Positions 21,318 to 29,341 of a stretch of 64,000 bases of DNA are shown piece by piece. Under the pieces are notes generated by a model. That model saw nothing but the letters and a program-made list of their open reading frames with translations, had not been told where the DNA came from and did no database searches. The stretch covers positions 64,001 through 128,000 of the forward strand of contig CAVVKJ010000005.1 in assembly GCA_963748815.1 (NCBI GenBank). The letters are read 5' to 3'. The stretch comes from an uncultured Gemmatimonadales bacterium. Its GTDB lineage: Bacteria > Gemmatimonadota > Gemmatimonadetes > Gemmatimonadales > GWC2-71-9. Each line of letters starts with the position of its first letter. Within the stretch, counting starts at the first letter, position 1. The position numbers and the translations under genes were made by a program.

Positions 21318-22712
21318 TCAGTAAGTCTCGTGTTTGTGGGGACCCATCGCCCAGACGACCTGGAGTGTCAGGTTGTCGAGCGATCCGGTGGAGTCGAGAT
21401 AGTTGCGAAAGGCCTGGAGCCGAAGGTACACGAACTCGCTCTGCCACCAGGTGGCGACGGCGGTGGCGCGCCAGGTTGCGTCGTCGGGGCCCACGGGCGC
21501 CTCGACGTAGTCGTACCGGCCGCCCACCACCCAGCGCTTGCTGAGGCGCCAGCTGAGGTCGGAGTACATCCCGTACCGGGTGGTCGTCGGCTCGTCGCCG
21601 ACCCGCTGGAGCCGATACCCCTCGGTGCGCCAGGTGATGTCCTGGCGAGTGCCGGCGTTCGGAGGCCGGTAGGTGAAGCGCAGGTCGGCGCCGAGAAGGT
21701 TGCTGGTCAGGCCGGAATCGCTGTTCTGCGCGCCGACACCCGTGAAGCCGATTTCCATATACGTACTGCGCCCGAGTTGCCAGAAGTTCTGCAGCCGCCC
21801 GAGCAGGGCGGGCTGGAGGCTTCCGTCGTTCAGCGGCTCACTCTCGACGGCCGCGCCCTGCAGGAAGATCTCGGATGTTCCCTTGGCGACGGAGACCGGC
21901 AGCGTGGTGTACAGGCTGACGCCGGTGCCGGCCAGCCCGTCCTCGCCCAGGAACGCCTGGTAGACGAGGGGATAGTTGGTCTCCGGCAACGCGTGGGGGT
22001 GCCACCGGTTGAGTTCACCCACGGACATGCGGAACTTGCCGAGGTCCGCGCGGACCTTGCCTGGGAGCCCGGTCCAGTAGATGTACGCCTCCTCGACGCC
22101 GATTTCCTCCGCACCCCAGGTGAGGAAGATCTTCGTGGCGGAATACGGGTCGAGCGCCGCCTGCAGCGAGACCTCCACCTCCGCCAGCTGGAGGTCGAGC
22201 CCCTGCTGGCCGGTCTCGGCGGAGAACTGCACGTCACCAGTGGCGCTGATTTCGGGGTTCATCGACGACTGATTGCCTTGCCGACTCACGAACTGGGTCG
22301 GCGCGGCGGGCACGGAATCGGGGGTGACGGGGACGCCACCGGCCGCGGCGGCGCTGTCGGCTGCCGCGCGAATGGCGGCCAGCGGGTCCGCCGCCGCATC
22401 GGCCGCCGGCGGAGTCGCCGCGAGATCACACCGTGCGGCCACGGTGGCGTTGACGCGAGCGGTGAGCGACGCGACGGTGAGCGCCAGCGAGTCCACTGCG
22501 GCGTTGCCGGTCTTTTTCGGCGGGGCCGGTGGAGGCAGCGGGGCTGGGGGGCAGAATCCGGCGTCGAGTGAATCGAGCCGGGCCGTGAGCATTTGAACTG
22601 CCCGCTGCAGCGAGTCCACCGTGGCGGTGGGGACTCCCTGCGCTGCGGCGCGGGGCGCGATGCCCGCGGCAAAAGTGGCGATCACGACAGCCACGCGGAA
22701 TACCAACCGCAT
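21318..22712 (-). CDS. Outer-membrane porin-like protein of the metal uptake operon
   Basis: Signal peptide, N-terminal coiled-coil/low-complexity region, NPEIS...DPY...EEAY...NRWHPH, C-terminal GPHKHETY; GAGGAGG RBS before ATG 22712. Confidence 0.75.
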   Translation of the reverse strand: MRLVFRVAVVIATFAAGIAPRAAAQGVPTATVDSLQRAVQMLTARLDSLDAGFCPPAPLPPPAPPKKTGNAAVDSLALTVASLTARVNATVAARCDLAATPPAADAAADPLAAIRAAADSAAAAGGVPVTPDSVPAAPTQFVSRQGNQSSMNPEISATGDVQFSAETGQQGLDLQLAEVEVSLQAALDPYSATKIFLTWGAEEIGVEEAYIYWTGLPGKVRADLGKFRMSVGELNRWHPHALPETNYPLVYQAFLGEDGLAGTGVSLYTTLPVSVAKGTSEIFLQGAAVESEPLNDGSLQPALLGRLQNFWQLGRSTYMEIGFTGVGAQNSDSGLTSNLLGADLRFTYRPPNAGTRQDITWRTEGYRLQRVGDEPTTTRYGMYSDLSWRLSKRWVVGGRYDYVEAPVGPDDATWRATAVATWWQSEFVYLRLQAFRNYLDSTGSLDNLTLQVVWAMGPHKHETY

Positions 22713-22715
22713 AGG

Positions 22716-22786
22716 CCTCCTCATTCCTGTTGGAAGGAGCCATTGTCCACGGCTCCTGATGTCAGTGGCAGGACGATCCGAGGAGG
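22716..22786 (-). promoter_or_regulatory. Predicted RBS-sequestering structure between the leader ORF and the porin gene
   Basis: mRNA CCUCCUC (22786-22780) pairs with SD GAGGAGG (22722-22716); UCCUG pairs with CAGGA; internal hairpin AGGAGCCGU/AUGGCUCCU. Confidence 0.75.
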
Positions 22787-22787
22787 G

Positions 22788-23123
22788 TCAGGCGGGTGGG
22801 GCGCGGGAATGCTGGTGGGAACGTGGTGTTGCGTCGGCAGGCGCCATCGGGGCGGCGATCAGCGCCCGCAGCGATTCCGGTGGCGCCGTGCGGACGATCT
22901 CGATGCTGCCGAGCGCCTCGCGCTGCGCCACGACCGGCTGCGCCAGGGTGCAGCGGTCGGCGTGATGCTGGCCGCCGTGCGCCTCGACGTGCGTAACGCC
23001 GGCGCAGGGATCCTGCCCAGCCACGTGGAACATGGCGCCATCGGCCAGGGGCACACCCAAGGCGCCGAGCAGGAAGAGCCCGGAGAGGAGCGAGGCGCGG
23101 AGGCGGACGGTGAGGCGGATCAC
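22788..23123 (-). CDS. Exported His/Cys leader protein ending in RAPPA (DUF2946/CruR-like putative arrest peptide)
   Basis: GTG start (uncertain), hydrophobic signal, C..HVEAHGGQHHADRC, C-terminal HQHSRAPPA*. Confidence 0.7.
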   Translation of the reverse strand: MIRLTVRLRASLLSGLFLLGALGVPLADGAMFHVAGQDPCAGVTHVEAHGGQHHADRCTLAQPVVAQREALGSIEIVRTAPPESLRALIAAPMAPADATPRSHQHSRAPPA

Positions 23124-23186
23124 AGGCTGGAATGTGCCGGGTCGGCGCGCGCGGGACAAGGCGCGCCGACCCGGCGTCGGTTCAGG

Positions 23187-23783
23187 TCAGTGCGCGTGGC
23201 CGCCGACCATCTTCGGCGCGTCTCCCGAGAAGCTGTACCCGTTCTTCGGGCACTTGAGGTCGGGATTGGTCGGGGAAAACACCCCCGCCGGGTTGTTCTT
23301 CCAGAGCCAGACGTGCAGGTCGTAGTGGTGCAGCCCCGACGGCATGATGGGGGGATGCCCTTCCATCGGTCCCTCGAGCTGCTTGCCGAAGACACTCGGC
23401 GGGTTGTCGCCCACGGCGGCGACGGGCGCGAACCACTCCGCGGCCACGAGTTTCAGGTGGTCCCCGTCAGGCTCGTAGATCAGCACCTGCGGCTTCAGCG
23501 GGTCCATCGTCGGGCCGATATTTCCCAGATTCAGGAAGTGCACCCCCATACCGCCCGCCACATAGCTCATCGTGCCCTCGCTGTGCCCCTTTGGAAAATC
23601 GATGCAGGCGACGGTGGAGAGGAAGCCGTCGGCCACCGCCACCATCGGGTCCTGGTACTTGTCGAGGGCGGCACGGGCGCTTGCGAGATCGGGTGCGAGC
23701 GTCGGTTGCCCCTTGGCGGGGGCCTGGGCGTTGGCGACAGACACCGAAGCAACGATCAGGGTGGCAATTGCAGCGAGTTTCAT
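23187..23783 (-). CDS. Secreted hypothetical protein
   Basis: Signal peptide; GGMGVHF, PQVLIYEP and HYDLHVWLWKNNPAGVF segments look conserved. Confidence 0.7.
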   Translation of the reverse strand: MKLAAIATLIVASVSVANAQAPAKGQPTLAPDLASARAALDKYQDPMVAVADGFLSTVACIDFPKGHSEGTMSYVAGGMGVHFLNLGNIGPTMDPLKPQVLIYEPDGDHLKLVAAEWFAPVAAVGDNPPSVFGKQLEGPMEGHPPIMPSGLHHYDLHVWLWKNNPAGVFSPTNPDLKCPKNGYSFSGDAPKMVGGHAH

Positions 23784-23895
23784 GGGAGCCTCAGATGGAG
23801 AGTGAGGAATTCTTCAGGCACATCACAGTACCCTCAGCTGTGCAGAAAGCAATACGCGGCGGCCGCGCCCGCCCCTTGCCCGATTCCTCCAGTTA

Positions 23896-23914
23896 TGTAT
23901 ATTCATTGTATACA
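23896..23914. promoter_or_regulatory. Putative MazEF autoregulatory operator
   Basis: AT-rich inverted repeat TGTATA-N7-TATACA just upstream of mazE. Confidence 0.6.
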
Positions 23915-23933
23915 CCTCAACTGGACCACCGAA

Positions 23934-24173
23934 TTGCGAACGCATATATCAAAGTGGGGCAACAGTTTAGCCGTCAGACTGCCCAAGCCGTTCATGGATG
24001 AGCTGGGGCTCTGCTCAGGTGCCGAGGTTGACCTCACCCTGAGGGACGGCCGGCTCATCCTGGTGGCTGCGAGCCGGGAATACGCCCTGGAGGAACTGGT
24101 GGAAGGGATCACCCCGGAGAATCGACACCGGGAATCCGACTGGGGACGTCCCAGGGGCCGGGAGGTTTGGTAG
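23934..24173 (+). CDS. mazE: AbrB/MazE-family antitoxin
   Basis: TTG start; KWGNSLAVRLPK...YALEELVEGITPENRH...DWG.PRGREVW. Confidence 0.88.
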   Translation: MRTHISKWGNSLAVRLPKPFMDELGLCSGAEVDLTLRDGRLILVAASREYALEELVEGITPENRHRESDWGRPRGREVW

Positions 24174-24487
24174 CGCCGGATCGAGGCGACCTCGTGTGGG
24201 TGAACATCGAGCCGGCCGATGGGGGCGAAGCTTTCCGGCGTCCGGCGCTGGTGGTCTCACCCGCACTCTACAACGCGCGCTCCGGCCTCGCACTGATGTG
24301 CGCCATCGCGCGGCATCCGAAGGGATATCCCTTCGAGGTGGCGCTCCCGGCCGGCCTCGCCGTGGAGGGCGTCGTCCTGGCCGACCACCTGCGGAGCGCC
24401 GACTGGAAGGCCCGTGAGGCCGAGCTGGCCGGGCGGGTGCCCGCCGCCGTCGTCACCGACGTGCTTGCGAAGTTGAAGCCGCTGTAA
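24167..24487 (+). CDS. mazF: MazF/PemK-family toxin (active-site residues altered)
   Basis: PDRGDLVWV, RRPALVVSP..YN, KGYPFEV and DWKAR motifs; overlaps mazE. Confidence 0.85.
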   Translation: MVAPDRGDLVWVNIEPADGGEAFRRPALVVSPALYNARSGLALMCAIARHPKGYPFEVALPAGLAVEGVVLADHLRSADWKAREAELAGRVPAAVVTDVLAKLKPL

Positions 24488-24531
24488 CAGGTGCGAGGAC
24501 TGAGGACTGAGACGAGGCGGAGGCCCATTCT

Positions 24532-25080
24532 GTGGCAAGTGACAACTTGATCCAACTGACGAACGGCGCGTCGCGGGTCCGCGGGACGTTTCGCGTCAAC
24601 GGCGAGTCGCGTGAGGCGCTCTACAAGCCGCACACCACCCTGCTCGAGCTCCTGCGCGAGGAGCTGCAACTCACCGGCACCAAGCACGGGTGCGAGCTCG
24701 GCGAGTGCGGGGCCTGTACCGTCCTGGTCGACGGGGTGCCGGTGCTCTCCTGCCTGGTGCTGGCACAGGCGGTGGAAGGACAGGCGGTGTCCACGGTCGA
24801 GGGAATGGCCGACGGACCCACGCTGCATCCCCTGCAACAGGCGTTCATCGAACTGGGCGCGGCGCAGTGCGGTTATTGCACGCCGGGCGTCCTCCTCGCC
24901 GCGGAGGCGCTCCTCGTGGAAACCGCCGCCCCCACGCGGGACGACATCAAGCTGGCGCTGTCCGGCAACCTCTGCCGCTGTACCGGCTACATCAAGATCT
25001 ACGAAGCGATTGAGCTGGCCGCGGCGCGCATGCGGGGAGAAGCGGCCGAACCGCGGCGGGAGACGCTGCATGGCTACTAA
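24532..25080 (+). CDS. Molybdenum hydroxylase small 2x[2Fe-2S] subunit (HcrC/CoxS-like)
   Basis: GTKHGCELGECGACTV, QCGYCTPG and GNLCRCTGY motifs. Confidence 0.92.
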   Translation: MASDNLIQLTNGASRVRGTFRVNGESREALYKPHTTLLELLREELQLTGTKHGCELGECGACTVLVDGVPVLSCLVLAQAVEGQAVSTVEGMADGPTLHPLQQAFIELGAAQCGYCTPGVLLAAEALLVETAAPTRDDIKLALSGNLCRCTGYIKIYEAIELAAARMRGEAAEPRRETLHGY

Positions 25081-27514
25081 GGAGAAGACCGTGGACCCCG
25101 GCTTTCGCCGGGGTGACAGCCAGGATAGCGCAGCCTACGCGGTCATCGGAACCGCCAGGCCCAAGACCGACGCGCCGGGCAAGGTCGCGGGCCAGACCCT
25201 CTTCGCCGATGACATCGTGCTGCCGCGCATGCTCTGGTCCAAGCTGCTGCGGAGTCCGCACCCGCACGCGCGCATCGCGTCGATCGACACGTCGCGGGCG
25301 CTGGCGCTGCCGGGGGTAGAGGCGATCATCACCGGTGCCGACCTCCCCATCCCCTTCGGCATCCTCCCGGTCAGCCAGGACGAGCATGCGCTGTGCCCTG
25401 ACGTGGTGCGGTTCGTTGGCGATCCTGTGGCCGCGGTGGCGGCCATCGACGAGGAGACGGCGCTGGCCGCCTGCGGGCTGATCGAGGTGACCTACGAGCC
25501 GCTGCCGGTCGTCTCCTCCGTCGATGACGCGGCGGCCATGCCGTCGCCGCAGCTGCACGCATACGCCGACGAGGGCAACTGGCACAAGCTGGTGCACCTG
25601 CAGTTCGGTGAGCTGGAGGAAGGGTTCCGGCGCGCCGACCTGGTGCGGGAAGATCTCTTCTTGTACGAGGGCAACACCCATCTCCCGATGGAGCAGCACG
25701 CCAGTATCGCGCACGCCACCCCCGACGGGCGCGTGACGATCTGGTCCAGCACCCAGACGCCGCACTACCTCCATCGGGCGCTCTCCAAGGTGCTCGAGTT
25801 CGCGCCAGCCCGGATTCGCGTCATCGCCACACCCAATGGCGGCGGCTTCGGCGGCAAGAGCGATCCGTTCAACCACGAAATCGTGGTGGCCAAGCTGAGC
25901 CTCGTGACCGGCCGCCCCGTCAAGATCGGCTTGACCCGAGAGGAAGTGTTCTACTGCCACCGCGGCCGGCACCAGGCGCTGATGAAGATCCGGACCGGGG
26001 TGACACGGGACGGCGCCATCACCGCCATGGACTTCGAGTCGTACCTCGACGGTGGCGCCTACGGGTCGTACGGCGTGGCGTCGCTCTACTACACCGGCGC
26101 GCTGCAGACCGTCACCTACGACGTGCCCACCTACCGGTTCCGTGGCGCGCGGGCCTTTACCAACAAGCCGCCGGGCGGCCCGAAGCGCGGGCATGGCACC
26201 ACGCAGCCACGCTTCGCCGTCGAGGTGCATCTCGACAAGATTGCCGAAGAGCTGAAGGTGGACCCGGCGGAACTCCGGCTTCGGCACCTGGTCAAGCCGA
26301 ACGAGGTCACGGCGAACTGGCTGCAGCTCGGCACCGTCGGGCTGGCAGCCTGCATCGACCAGGTGGTGGATGGCTCGCGCTGGAAGGAGCGTTTCCGGAA
26401 GCTGCCCTACGGGCGCGGTCTTGGGCTCGCCTGCTCCTCCTACATCACCGGCGCGGGGTTACCTATCTACTGGAACGACATGCCGCACTCCGGCGCGCAG
26501 ATCAAGTGCGATCGCGGCGGCGGCGTCACGATCTTCTGCGGTTCCACCGACATCGGCCAGGGTTCCGAGTCGGTGCTCGCCTACGTGACCGCCGAAGTAC
26601 TGGGCATCGAGCCGGCCGACATCAAGGTGGTCACCGCCGACACCGACCTCACCCCGGTGGACCTCGGCAGCTACTCCTCGCGCGTCACGCTCATGACCGG
26701 TCAGGCGGCGATGCAGGCCGCCACCCGGGTGCGCGACCTGATCGCCTCGGCGGTGGCGACGAAGCTCGACGTGCCGACGGACCGCCTGGTCTTCGGCGGG
26801 GGGCGGGTGTTCGACGCGCAGGACCCCGACACCGGGATCACCTTTCGCGAGGCGATCGGCGTCGCGGAGGCAAGGCACGGCACCCTCGGCGCGGTGGGGA
26901 GCTACACGCCGCCACGCTCCCCCGGCCGGTACCGGGGCGCCGGCGTCGGGCCGTCCGCGGCGTACAGCTATTCCGCCGCCGTGGCGGAGGTGGAGGTGGA
27001 TCCTGACACCGGTGTCGTCCGGGTCCCGACCATCTGGATCGGCCACGACATCGGGCAGTGCATCAACCCGGCGCTGGTGATGGGCCAGGTCGAGGGGGGC
27101 GTCTATATGGGCCTCGGTGAGGCGCTGATGGAGGAGATGGCGTACCGCGAGAAACTGGGGCTGGTGCACAAGTGGCCCTCAATGCTCGAATACAAGAGCC
27201 CGACCACGATGGAAATGTGCGATGTCATCACCTACCTGATCGAGGACCCCGATCCCAACGGCCCCTTCGGCGCCAAGGAAGCGGGACAGGGGCCGCTCAA
27301 TCCGGTCATGCCGGCCATCGCGAACGCGATCTACGATGCGGTGGGAGTGCGGATCGACGAGGTGCCGATGAGCGCGCCGAAGGTGCTGAAGGCGATCCAG
27401 GCGAAGCTGAAAGGCAGGGATCCACGCTACGGACCGAGCGGCACGCCGACAGTGCAGTGGCCGGAGCGGACGTACGTCAGGACGCCGGCCCAGGGTGGGA
27501 ACGGGAGGGATTGA
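25070..27514 (+). CDS. Molybdenum hydroxylase large Moco-binding subunit (HcrA/XDH-family)
   Basis: LRSPHPHARI, GGGFGGK, RGHG, DIGQG, GSYSSR and GQVEGG motifs; ATG 25070 overlaps the small subunit. Confidence 0.92.
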   Translation: MATKEKTVDPGFRRGDSQDSAAYAVIGTARPKTDAPGKVAGQTLFADDIVLPRMLWSKLLRSPHPHARIASIDTSRALALPGVEAIITGADLPIPFGILPVSQDEHALCPDVVRFVGDPVAAVAAIDEETALAACGLIEVTYEPLPVVSSVDDAAAMPSPQLHAYADEGNWHKLVHLQFGELEEGFRRADLVREDLFLYEGNTHLPMEQHASIAHATPDGRVTIWSSTQTPHYLHRALSKVLEFAPARIRVIATPNGGGFGGKSDPFNHEIVVAKLSLVTGRPVKIGLTREEVFYCHRGRHQALMKIRTGVTRDGAITAMDFESYLDGGAYGSYGVASLYYTGALQTVTYDVPTYRFRGARAFTNKPPGGPKRGHGTTQPRFAVEVHLDKIAEELKVDPAELRLRHLVKPNEVTANWLQLGTVGLAACIDQVVDGSRWKERFRKLPYGRGLGLACSSYITGAGLPIYWNDMPHSGAQIKCDRGGGVTIFCGSTDIGQGSESVLAYVTAEVLGIEPADIKVVTADTDLTPVDLGSYSSRVTLMTGQAAMQAATRVRDLIASAVATKLDVPTDRLVFGGGRVFDAQDPDTGITFREAIGVAEARHGTLGAVGSYTPPRSPGRYRGAGVGPSAAYSYSAAVAEVEVDPDTGVVRVPTIWIGHDIGQCINPALVMGQVEGGVYMGLGEALMEEMAYREKLGLVHKWPSMLEYKSPTTMEMCDVITYLIEDPDPNGPFGAKEAGQGPLNPVMPAIANAIYDAVGVRIDEVPMSAPKVLKAIQAKLKGRDPRYGPSGTPTVQWPERTYVRTPAQGGNGRD
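25092..25117. repeat. REP copy 2, lying in-frame inside the 5' end of the Mo-subunit gene
   Basis: Same 26-mer as 3087 and 62486; translates as VDPGFRRGD. Confidence 0.8.
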
Positions 27515-27518
27515 GGTG

Positions 27519-27800
27519 TTGGGCCGTTCACCCCTCGACCGGACTGCTCCTTCGGCACTGGAGGTCCACCTGCAGGTGGGCTCCCGGAAAGGCGAGGGAC
27601 CTCACGTGCCTCCGGAACAGCCCGGTCTTCGAGGGTCAAGTAACGTGAGCAATAGAGGCTGCGGGGAGGCCGGCAAGGGGAATGGTCCGGAGGGCAGTCA
27701 GTTCGCGGCCCGCGGGGCGCGACGCACACGCCCCGTACGCGAACTGTCCTGCCCGGAGGACTATCCCGAGCCGGCCAACCAGTCCACTGATCTGGCCCGA
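27519..27800. ncRNA. Highly structured non-coding element (two ~105-nt rod hairpins); ncRNA or non-autonomous mobile element
   Basis: Hairpin 1 at 27532-27635 and hairpin 2 at 27668-27776, each with 5-6 stacked helices; outer TTGGGCC/GGCCCGA pairing. Confidence 0.55.
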
Positions 27801-27819
27801 GGGCCGAGGACCTGACTTC

Positions 27820-28809
27820 ATGCTGAGACTGCCACCACACGAGACTTCGTTTCCGACCTCGATTCGAGAAGCCGTGGCGCAGCGAGTGCGCGCCGGTGCC
27901 GCGGGTGCCTACGTGGCCGGGGGGACCGATCTCTATCCCAACATGAAGCGTCGGCAGCAGGAGCCGACGCGCGTCATCGACGTACGGCGGATTCCAGAAT
28001 TGAACCGGCTCGATGTGGCGGCCGATGGCTCGCTGATGATCGGGGCCGGGGTGACGCTGACGCGATTCATGCGGGACGCACGGGTCCGCGCGGGGTGGCC
28101 GGCGCTGGCGCACGCCGCGAGCGAGATCTCCACACCCCTCCTCCAGAACATGGGCACGGTCGGTGGCAACCTCCTCCTCGACACCCGGTGCAACTACTAC
28201 GATCAAGGCTACGAGTGGCGGAAGGCGATCGACTTCTGCATGAAGAAGGACGGCGACACCTGCTGGGTGGCGCCGTCGAGTCCGCGCTGCTGGGCGGTGC
28301 AGTCGAGCGACCTGGCGCCGGTGATGGTGGCGCTGGACGCGCGGGTCGTGCTGGCCGGCCCCGACGGGGAGCGGACGATTCCCGCGGCCGCGCTCTATCA
28401 CGACGACGGGATCGCGTTCCTGACCAAGCGGGCGGACGAACTGCTGGTGCGGGTCGAGGTGGCCCCGCTCACGGGCGCGCGCGCCAGCTACCGCAAGCTG
28501 CGCCGGCGTGGCGCCTTCGACTTCCCGGTGCTGGGGGTGGCGGCGTGGGCGTCGTTCGATGGGACGGGGCAGGTGACGGGGGCGCGGATCGTCCTCGGTG
28601 CGGTCGGGTCGTACCCGAAGCCGGTACCGGAGGCGGCGACACTCCTCGTCGGGGGCCCCCTGACCGACGAGCAGCTCGACGAGGCAGTGCGGCTGGCTGG
28701 CAAACTCGCCAAGCCGCTCGACAACACCGACTTCACCATCGGATGGCGAAAAGAAATGGCCTCGGTGTTCGTGCGCCGGGCGCTCGAAGCGCTGCGCCCG
28801 GACCGCTGA
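27820..28809 (+). CDS. Molybdenum hydroxylase FAD subunit with [4Fe-4S] insert (HcrB-like)
   Basis: AGGTDL and NMGTVGGNL motifs; C-X15-C-X7-C-X8-C cluster insert. Confidence 0.9.
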   Translation: MLRLPPHETSFPTSIREAVAQRVRAGAAGAYVAGGTDLYPNMKRRQQEPTRVIDVRRIPELNRLDVAADGSLMIGAGVTLTRFMRDARVRAGWPALAHAASEISTPLLQNMGTVGGNLLLDTRCNYYDQGYEWRKAIDFCMKKDGDTCWVAPSSPRCWAVQSSDLAPVMVALDARVVLAGPDGERTIPAAALYHDDGIAFLTKRADELLVRVEVAPLTGARASYRKLRRRGAFDFPVLGVAAWASFDGTGQVTGARIVLGAVGSYPKPVPEAATLLVGGPLTDEQLDEAVRLAGKLAKPLDNTDFTIGWRKEMASVFVRRALEALRPDR

Positions 28810-28810
28810 C

Positions 28811-29275
28811 CTAGGTGCTGCTCTCGAGCGTCACGGTGATGGTATAGGTCCCGCCGTCGAAGGTGCCGGTCAGTTGCGTGCCCTTCGCGTGCAGGATCGT
28901 GTCGCGCAGGAAGGTGTCCGCCGCGTGGGAAAGCGTCGCGATGCCGGTCGTCGCATCGTAACTGTAGGTGCCGAGGAGGGAGAGGATCTCCTCCTCGCCG
29001 GACTCGGAGTAGGCTGCCGGAATGGTCATGCTTCCGGTCGTCGCGCCAGCCGGAGTCAGCACGAGCGTAATGACGGCGCCCTCCGCGAGCAGGTCGGTCG
29101 TGCCTGCGGGCTCGGTCAGGGTCAGCGCCGATGCGAAATACGAGCCGTCGATCGTGGCCGGATAGGAGGCGCCGCCGCTGATCCCGGTGGTGTTGGAACC
29201 GCCGTCCCCGCAGGCCACCTGCGCGAGGAGCAGCGCCAGGGCGCCGATTGACCGGGTCAGGATGGGTAGTCGCAT
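28811..29275 (-). CDS. Hypothetical lipoprotein
   Basis: Signal peptide with VAC lipobox; beta-rich mature part. Confidence 0.65.
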   Translation of the reverse strand: MRLPILTRSIGALALLLAQVACGDGGSNTTGISGGASYPATIDGSYFASALTLTEPAGTTDLLAEGAVITLVLTPAGATTGSMTIPAAYSESGEEEILSLLGTYSYDATTGIATLSHAADTFLRDTILHAKGTQLTGTFDGGTYTITVTLESST

Positions 29276-29341
29276 CTGCGTGCTCCCAGGTAGGTATGGT
29301 GCACCGTGGAAAGGGTCCGCGATCTCGCCAGCTGCAGCAAT

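Noticed and set aside
27515..27819. Structured insert as an integron attC site, group II intron remnant or SRP RNA
   Set aside because: GTTGGGC is present, but there is no correctly ordered RYYYAAC...GTTRRRY pair or integrase; I saw no intron domain V or SRP loop motif
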